Shown one piece after another: positions 56,501-64,000 of a stretch of 64,000 bases of DNA. The translations under genes and the position numbers were made by a program. The number at the start of each line of letters is the position of its first letter. Within the stretch, counting starts at the first letter, position 1. The DNA is taken from the NCBI GenBank assembly GCA_004431415.1, contig QPMI01000533.1, positions 378,643-442,642 on the forward strand. The letters run 5' to 3'. This DNA comes from Cyanophora paradoxa CCMP329. Lineage: Eukaryota > Plantae > Glaucophyta. The notes beneath the pieces are model-generated. The model was not told the origin of the DNA. It made no database searches and saw only the letters and a program-made list of their open reading frames with translations.

Positions 56501-59500
56501 ACTGAAGCGTTTAATACTAGCTAGTATGCATCTTGATGCTAGAGTAAGGCTCAGTTTCGTGCGGATGCGGTACGAAATTTTCGTAGATGTATGGCCATAC
56601 AAAAGCGACGAGGAAAAGGCCAGTTTCGCGGCGAGCTAGCCGAGCTAGCAGCGCGCCCGGCCGGCGTCTTATTGCCCCAGCGTTCGAGTCCCGGGAAGGG
56701 CAGTTGGGGGGAGCGGGGGGGCCTGGGCGGGCCTTGAGCTGCCTTGCGCTGTCGAGGGCTGAAGAGGGGGCCGGGGCGCAGCGACCCCCGAGGCCAACTT
56801 CTGCACGGCGAGACATTGGCGCGAAACCCAAAATTCCCTGCTCTAGATTGCTCTAAACTGCACTTCAGACGTGCTCAGTTTCGCGCCAATCGTTCGCTGT
56901 GCTCCGCTAGAATCTCGGCTGGACATGTATGGCGTCTGGTCGATTTGGCTGGATAAAATAATGGAAAGCGATTGGCGAGAAACTGAAGCGTTTAATACTA
57001 GCTAGTATGCATCTTGATGCTAGAGTAAGGCTCAGTTTCGTGCGGATGCGGTACGAAATTTTCGTAGATGTATGGCCATACAAAAGCGACGAGGAAAAGG
57101 CCAGTTCGCGGCGAGCTAGCCGAGCTAGCAGCGCGCCCGGCCGGCGTCTTATTGCCCCAGCGTTCGAGTCCCGGAAGGGCAGTTGGGGGAGCGGGGGGCC
57201 TGGGCGGGCCTTGAGCTGCCTTGCGCTGTCGAGGGCTGAAGAGGGGCCGGGGCGCAGCGACCCCCGAGGCCAACTTCTGCACGGCGAGACATTGGCGCGA
57301 AACCCAAAATTTCCCTGCTCTAGATTGCTCTAAACTGCACTTCAGACGTGCTCAGTTTCGCGCCAATCGTTCGCTGTGCTCCGCTAGAATCTCGGCTGGA
57401 CATGTATGGCGTCTGGTCGATTTGGCTGGATAAAATAATGGAAAGCGATTGGCGAGAAACTGAAGCGTTTAATACTAGCTAGTATGCATCTTGATGCTAG
57501 AGTAAGGCTCAGTTTCGTGCGGATGCGGTACGAAATTTTCGTAGATGTATGGCCATACAAAAGCGACGAGGAAAAGGCCAGTTTCGCGGCGAGCTAGCCG
57601 AGCTAGCAGCGCGCCCGGCCGGCGTCTTATTGCCCCAGCGTTCGAGTCCCGGGAAGGGCAGTTGGGGGGAGCGGGGGGCCTGGGCGGGCCTTGAGCTGCC
57701 TTGCGCTGTCGAGGGCTGAAGAGGGGCCGGGGCGCAGCGACCCCCGAGGCCAACTTCTGCACGGCGAGACATTGGCGCGAAACCCAAAATTTCCCTGCTC
57801 TAGATTGCTCTAAACTGCACTTCAGACGTGCTCAGTTTCGCGCCAATCGTTCGCTGTGCTCCGCTAGAATCTCGGCTGGACATGTATGGCGTCTGGTCGA
57901 TTTGGCTGGATAAAATAATGGAAAGCGATTGGCGAGAAACTGAAGCGTTTAATACTAGCTAGTATGCATCTTGATGCTAGAGTAAGGCTCAGTTTCGTGC
58001 GGATGCGGTACGAAATTTTCGTAGATGTATGGCCATACAAAAGCGACGAGGAAAAGGCCAGTTTCGCGGCGAGCTAGCCGAGCTAGCAGCGCGCCCGGCC
58101 GGCGTCTTATTGCCCCAGCGTTCGAGTCCCGGGAAGGGCAGTTGGGGGGAGCGGGGGGGCCTGGGCGGGCCTTGAGCTGCCTTGCGCTGTCGAGGGCTGA
58201 AGAGGGGGCCGGGGCGCAGCGACCCCCGAGGCCAACTTCTGCACGGCGAGACATTGGCGCGAAACCCAAAATTTCCCTGCTCTAGATTGCTCTAAACTGC
58301 ACTTCAGACGTGCTCAGTTTCGCGCCAATCGTTCGCTGTGCTCCGCTAGAATCTCGGCTGGACATGTATGGCGTCTGGTCGATTTGGCTGGATAAAATAA
58401 TGGAAAGCGATTGGCGAGAAACTGAAGCGTTTAATACTAGCTAGTATGCATCTTGATGCTAGAGTAAGGCTCAGTTTCGTGCGGATGCGGTACGAAATTT
58501 TCGTAGATGTATGGCCATACAAAAGCGACGAGGAAAAGGCCAGTTTCGCGGCGAGCTAGCCGAGCTAGCAGCGCGCCCGGCCGGCGTCTTATTGCCCAGC
58601 GTTCGAGTCCCGGGAAGGGCAGTTGGGGGAGCGGGGGGCCTGGGCGGGCCTTGAGCTGCCTTGCGCTGTCGAGGGCTGAAGAGGGGGCCGGGGCGCAGCG
58701 ACCCCGAGGCCAACTTCTGCACGGCGAGACATTGGCGCGAAACCCAAAATTTCCCTGCTCTAGATTGCTCTAAACTGCACTTCAGACGTGCTCAGTTTCG
58801 CGCCAATCGTTCGCTGTGCTCCGCTAGAATCTCGGCTGGACATGTATGGCGTCTGGTCGATTTGGCTGGATAAAATAATGGAAAGCGATTGGCGAGAAAC
58901 TGAAGCGTTTAATACTAGCTAGTATGCATCTTGATGCTAGAGTAAGGCTCAGTTTCGTGCGGATGCGGTACGAAATTTTCGTAGATGTATGGCCATACAA
59001 AAGCGACGAGGAAAAGGCCAGTTTCGCGGCGAGCTAGCCGAGCTAGCAGCGCGCCCGGCCGGCGTCTTATTGCCCCAGCGTTCGAGTCCCGGAAGGGCAG
59101 TTGGGGGAGCGGGGGGCCTGGGCGGCCTTGAGCTGCCTTGCGCTGTCGAGGCTGAAGAGGGGGCCGGGGCGCAGCGACCCCGAGGCCAACTTCTGCACGG
59201 CGAGACATTGGCGCGAAACCCAAAATTTCCCTGCTCTAGATTGCTCTAAACTGCACTTCAGACGTGCTCAGTTTCGCGCCAATCGTTCGCTGTGCTCCGC
59301 TAGAATCTCGGCTGGACATGTATGGCGTCTGGTCGATTTGGCTGGATAAAATAATGGAAAGCGATTGGCGAGAAACTGAAGCGTTTAATACTAGCTAGTA
59401 TGCATCTTGATGCTAGAGTAAGGCTCAGTTTCGTGCGGATGCGGTACGAAATTTTCGTAGATGTATGGCCATACAAAAGCGACGAGGAAAAGGCCAGTTT

Positions 59501-62500
59501 CGCGGCGAGCTAGCCGAGCTAGCAGCGCGCCCGGCCGGCGTCTTATTGCCCCAGCGTTCGAGTCCGGGAAGGGCAGTTGGGGGGAGCGGGGGGGCCTTGG
59601 CGGGCCTTGAGCTGCCTTGCGCTGTCGAGGGCTGAAGAGGGGGCCGGGGCGCAGCGACCCCCGAGGCCAACTTCTGCACGGCGAGACATTGGCGCGAAAC
59701 CCAAAATTTCCCTGCTCTAGATTGCTCTAAACTGCACTTCAGACGTGCTCAGTTTCGCGCCAATCGTTCGCTGTGCTCCGCTAGAATCTCGGCTGGACAT
59801 GTATGGCGTCTGGTCGATTTGGCTGGATAAAATAATGGAAAGCGATTGGCGAGAAACTGAAGCGTTTAATACTAGCTAGTATGCATCTTGATGCTAGAGT
59901 AAGGCTCAGTTTCGTGCGGATGCGGTACGAAATTTTCGTAGATGTATGGCCATACAAAAGCGACGAGGAAAAGGCCAGTTTCGCGGCGAGCTAGCCGAGC
60001 TAGCAGCGCGCCCGGCCGGCGTCTTATTGCCCCAGCGTTCGAGTCCCGGGAAGGGCAGTTGGGGGAGCGGGGGGCCTGGGCGGGCCTTGAGCTGCCTTGC
60101 GCTGTCGAGGCTGAAGAGGGGCCGGGGCGCAGCGACCCCCGAGGCCAACTTCTGCACGGCGAGACATTGGCGCGAAACCCAAAATTTCCCTGCTCTAGAT
60201 TGCTCTAAACTGCACTTCAGACGTGCTCAGTTTCGCGCCAATCGTTCGCTGTGCTCCGCTAGAATCTCGGCTGGACATGTATGGCGTCTGGTCGATTTGG
60301 CTGGATAAAATAATGAAAGCGATTGGCGAGAAACTGAAGCGTTTAATACTAGCTAGTATGCATCTTGATGCTAGAGTAAGGCTCAGTTTCGTGCGGATGC
60401 GGTACGAAATTTTCGTAGATGTATGGCCATACAAAAGCGACGAGGAAAAGGCCAGTTTCGCGGCGAGCTAGCCGAGCTAGCAGCGCGCCCGGCCGGCGTC
60501 TTATTGCCCCAGCGTTCGAGTCCCGGGAAGGGCAGTTGGGGGGAGCGGGGGGGCCTGGGCGGGCCTTGAGCTGCCTTGCGCTGTCGAGGGCTGAAGAGGG
60601 GGCCGGGGCGCAGCGACCCCCGAGGCCAACTTCTGCACGGCGAGACATTGGCGCGAAACCCAAAATTTCCCTGCTCTAGATTGCTCTAAACTGCACTTCA
60701 GACGTGCTCAGTTTCGCGCCAATCGTTCGCTGTGCTCCGCTAGAATCTCGGCTGGACATGTATGGCGTCTGGTCGATTTGGCTGGATAAAATAATGGAAA
60801 GCGATTGGCGAGAAACTGAAGCGTTTAATACTAGCTAGTATGCATCTTGATGCTAGAGTAAGGCTCAGTTTCGTGCGGATGCGGTACGAAATTTTCGTAG
60901 ATGTATGGCCATACAAAAGCGACGAGGAAAAGGCCAGTTTCGCGGCGAGCTAGCCGAGCTAGCAGCGCGCCCGGCCGGCGTCTTATTGCCCCAGCGTTCG
61001 AGTCCCGGGAAGGGCAGTTGGGGGAGCGGGGGGCCTGGGCGGGCCTTGAGCTGCCTTGCGCTGTCGAGGGCTGAAGAGGGGGCCGGGGCGCAGCGACCCC
61101 CGAGGCCAACTTCTGCACGGCGAGACATTGGCGCGAAACCCAAAATTTCCCTGCTCTAGATTGCTCTAAACTGCACTTCAGACGTGCTCAGTTTCGCGCC
61201 AATCGTTCGCTGTGCTCCGCTAGAATCTCGGCTGGACATGTATGGCGTCTGGTCGATTTGGCTGGATAAAATAATGGAAAGCGATTGGCGAGAAACTGAA
61301 GCGTTTAATACTAGCTAGTATGCATCTTTGATGCTAGAGTAAGGCTCAGTTTCGTGCGGATGCGGTACGAAATTTTCGTAGATGTATGGCCATACAAAGC
61401 GACGAGGAAAAGGCCAGTTTCGCGGCGAGCTAGCCGAGCTAGCAGCGCGCCCGGCCGGCGTCTTATTGCCCCAGCGTTCGAGTCCCGGGAAGGGCAGTTG
61501 GGGGGAGCGGGGGGCTGGGCGGGCCTTGAGCTGCCTTGCGCTGTCGAGGCTGAAGAGGGGGCCGGGGCGCAGCGACCCCCGAGGCCAACTTCTGCACGGC
61601 GAGAACATTGGCGCGAAACCCAAAATTTCCCTGCTCTAGATTGCTCTAAACTGCACTTCAGACGTGCTCAGTTTCGCGCCAATCGTTCGCTGTGCTCCGC
61701 TAGAATCGGCTGGACATGTATGGCGTCTGGTCGATTTGGCTGGATAAAATAATGGAAAGCGATTGGCGAGAAACTGAAGCGTTTAATACTAGCTAGTATG
61801 CATCTTGATGCTAGAATAAGGCTCAGTTTCGTGCGGATGCGGTACGAAATTTTCGTAGATGTATGGCCATACAAAAGCGACGAGGAAAAGGCCAGTTTCG
61901 CGGCGAGCTAGCCGAGCTAGCAGCGCGCGGCCGGCGTCTTATTGCCCAGCGTTCGAGTCCCGGGAAGGGCAGTTGGGGGAGCGGGGGGCCTGGGCGGGCC
62001 TTGAGCTGCCTTGCGCTGTCGAGGGCTGAAGAGGGGGCCGGGGCGCAGCGACCCCCGAGGCCAACTTCTGCACGGCGAGACATTGGCGCGAAACCCAAAA
62101 TTTCCCTGCTCTAGATTGCTCTAAACTGCACTTCAGACGTGCTCAGTTTCGCGCCAATCGTTCGCTGTGCTCCGCTAGAATTCGGCTGGACATGTATGGC
62201 GTCTGGTCGATTTGGCTGGATAAAATAATGGAAAGCGATTGGCGAGAAACTGAAGCGTTTAATACTAGCTAGTATGCATCTTGATGCTAGAGTAAGGCTC
62301 AGTTTCGTGCGGATCGGTACGAAATTTTCGTAGATGTATGGCCATACAAAAGCGACGAGGAAAAGGCCAGTTTCGCGGCGAGCTAGCCGAGCTAGCAGCG
62401 CGCCCGGCCGGCGTCTTATTGCCCAGCGTTCGAGTCCCGGGAAGGGCAGTTGGGGGAGCGGGGGGCCTGGGCGGGCCTTGAGCTGCCTTGCGCTGTCGAG

Positions 62501-64000
62501 GGCTGAAGAGGGGGCCGGGGCGCAGCGACCCCCGAGGCCAACTTCTGCACGGCGAGACATTGGCGCGAAACCCAAAATTTCCCTGCTCTAGATTGCTCTA
62601 AACTGCACTTCAGACGTGCTCAGTTTCGCGCCAATCGTTCGCTGTGCTCCGCTAGAATTCGGCTGGACATGTATGGCGTCTGGTCGATTTGGCTGGATAA
62701 AATAATGGAAGCGATTGGCGAGAAACTGAAGCGTTTAATACTAGCTAGTATGCATCTTGATGCTAGAGTAAGGCTCAGTTTCGTGCGGATGCGGTACGAA
62801 ATTTTCGTAGATGTATGGCCATACAAAAGCGACGAGGAAAAGGCCAGTTTCGCGGCGAGCTAGCCGAGCTAGCAGCGCGCCCGGCCGGCGTCTTATTGCC
62901 CAGCGTTCGAGTCCCGGGAAGGGCAGTTGGGGGGAGCGGGGGGCCTGGGCGGGCCTTGAGCTGCCTTGCGCTGTCGAGGGCTGAAGAGGGGGCCGGGGCG
63001 CAGCGACCCCGAGGCCAACTTCTGCACGGCGAGACATTGGCGCGAAACCAAAAATTTCCCTGCTCTAGATTGCTCTAAACTGCACTTCAGACGTGCTCAG
63101 TTTCGCGCCAATCGTTCGCTGTGCTCCGCTAGAATCTCGGCTGGACATGTATGGCGTCTGGTCGATTTGGCTGGATAAAATAATGGAAAGCGATTGGCGA
63201 GAAACTGAAGCGTTTAATACTAGCTAGTATGCATCTTGATGCTAGAGTAAGGCTCAGTTTCGTGCGGATGCGGTACGAAATTTTCGTAGATGTATGGCCA
63301 TACAAAAGCGACGAGGAAAAGGCCAGTTTCGCGGCGAGCTAGCCGAGCTAGCAGCGCGCCCGGCCGGCGTCTTATTGCCCAGCGTTCGAGTCCCGGGAAG
63401 GGCAGTTGGGGGGAGCGGGGGGCCTGGGCGGGCCTTGAGCTGCCTTGCGCTGTCGAGGGCTGAAGAGGGGGCCGGGGCGCAGCGACCCCCGAGGCCAACT
63501 TCTGCACGGCGAGACATTGGCGCGAAACCCAAAATTTCCCTGCTCTAGATTGCTCTAAACTGCACTTCAGACGTGCTCAGTTTCGCGCCAATCGTTCGCT
63601 GTGCTCCGCTAGAATCTCGGCTGGACATGTATGGCGTCTGGTCGATTTGGCTGGATAAAATAATGGAAAGCGATTGGCGAGAAACTGAAGCGTTTAATAC
63701 TAGCTAGTATGCATCTTGATGCTAGAGTAAGGCTCAGTTTCGTGCGGATGCGGTACGAAATTTTCGTAGATGTATGGCCATACAAAAGCGACGAGGAAAA
63801 GGCCAGTTTCGCGGCGAGCTAGCCGAGCTAGCAGCGCGCCCGGCCGGCGTCTTATTGCCCAGCGTTCGAGTCCCGGAAGGGCAGTTGGGGGGAGCGGGGG
63901 GGCCTGGGCGGGCCTTGAGCTGCCTTGCGCTGTCGAGGGCTGAAGAGGGGGCCGGGCGCAGCGACCCCGAGGCCAACTTCTGCACGGCGAGACATTGGCG
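53571..64000. repeat. Satellite array, ~480-bp monomer, ~21.7 copies, continues beyond the window
   Basis: gtctggtcgatttggctgg recurs at 53571, 54052, 54534, 55014, 55493, 55973 and onward; differences are almost all 1-nt indels, mostly in homopolymers. Confidence 0.98.

Noticed and set aside
53571-64000. Repeated 70-120 aa ORFs in the satellite, or a CRISPR-like array
   Set aside because: Frames change with each indel, there are no unique spacers and no recognisable protein.

Overview
Eukaryotic nuclear DNA, GC-rich, with many short (about 45-150 nt) spliceosomal introns, from a flagellated protist or alga. The style resembles the glaucophyte Cyanophora, but that is inference only. Most ORFs in the supplied track are GC-driven noise; the genes below were rebuilt by eye from exons. 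Left to right: (1) 3' part of an Ala/Pro-rich gene with a duplicated, possibly LOTUS/OST-HTH-like module (1-7.2 kb, +); (2) a patchwork of gene fragments, including an arrestin-N/INTS6-C chimera (8.3-10.3 kb); (3) a WD40 + PKD/Ig-like + TRP-like multi-TM gene (10.8-18.2 kb, -); (4) a MITE cluster (19-22 kb); (5) a second arrestin/INTS6 chimera (22.4-24.5 kb); (6) NPHP4 apparently lacking its N-terminal half (25.4-30.1 kb, +); (7) a polycystin-2-type channel with two C-terminal RyR domains, PKDRR-like (30.7-40 kb, -), with an intronic solo LTR; (8) a second MITE cluster (40.4-44.6 kb); (9) INTS6 (-) head-to-head with a two-CNB-domain gene (+); (10) a very homogeneous ~480-bp satellite running off the window end. 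Best candidates for novelty: a pervasive mutational process that inserts short fold-back palindromes (visible by comparing paralogous copies), the PKD2-[FAD-like?]-RyR-RyR channel, and the arrestin-INTS6 C-terminal-domain chimeras.
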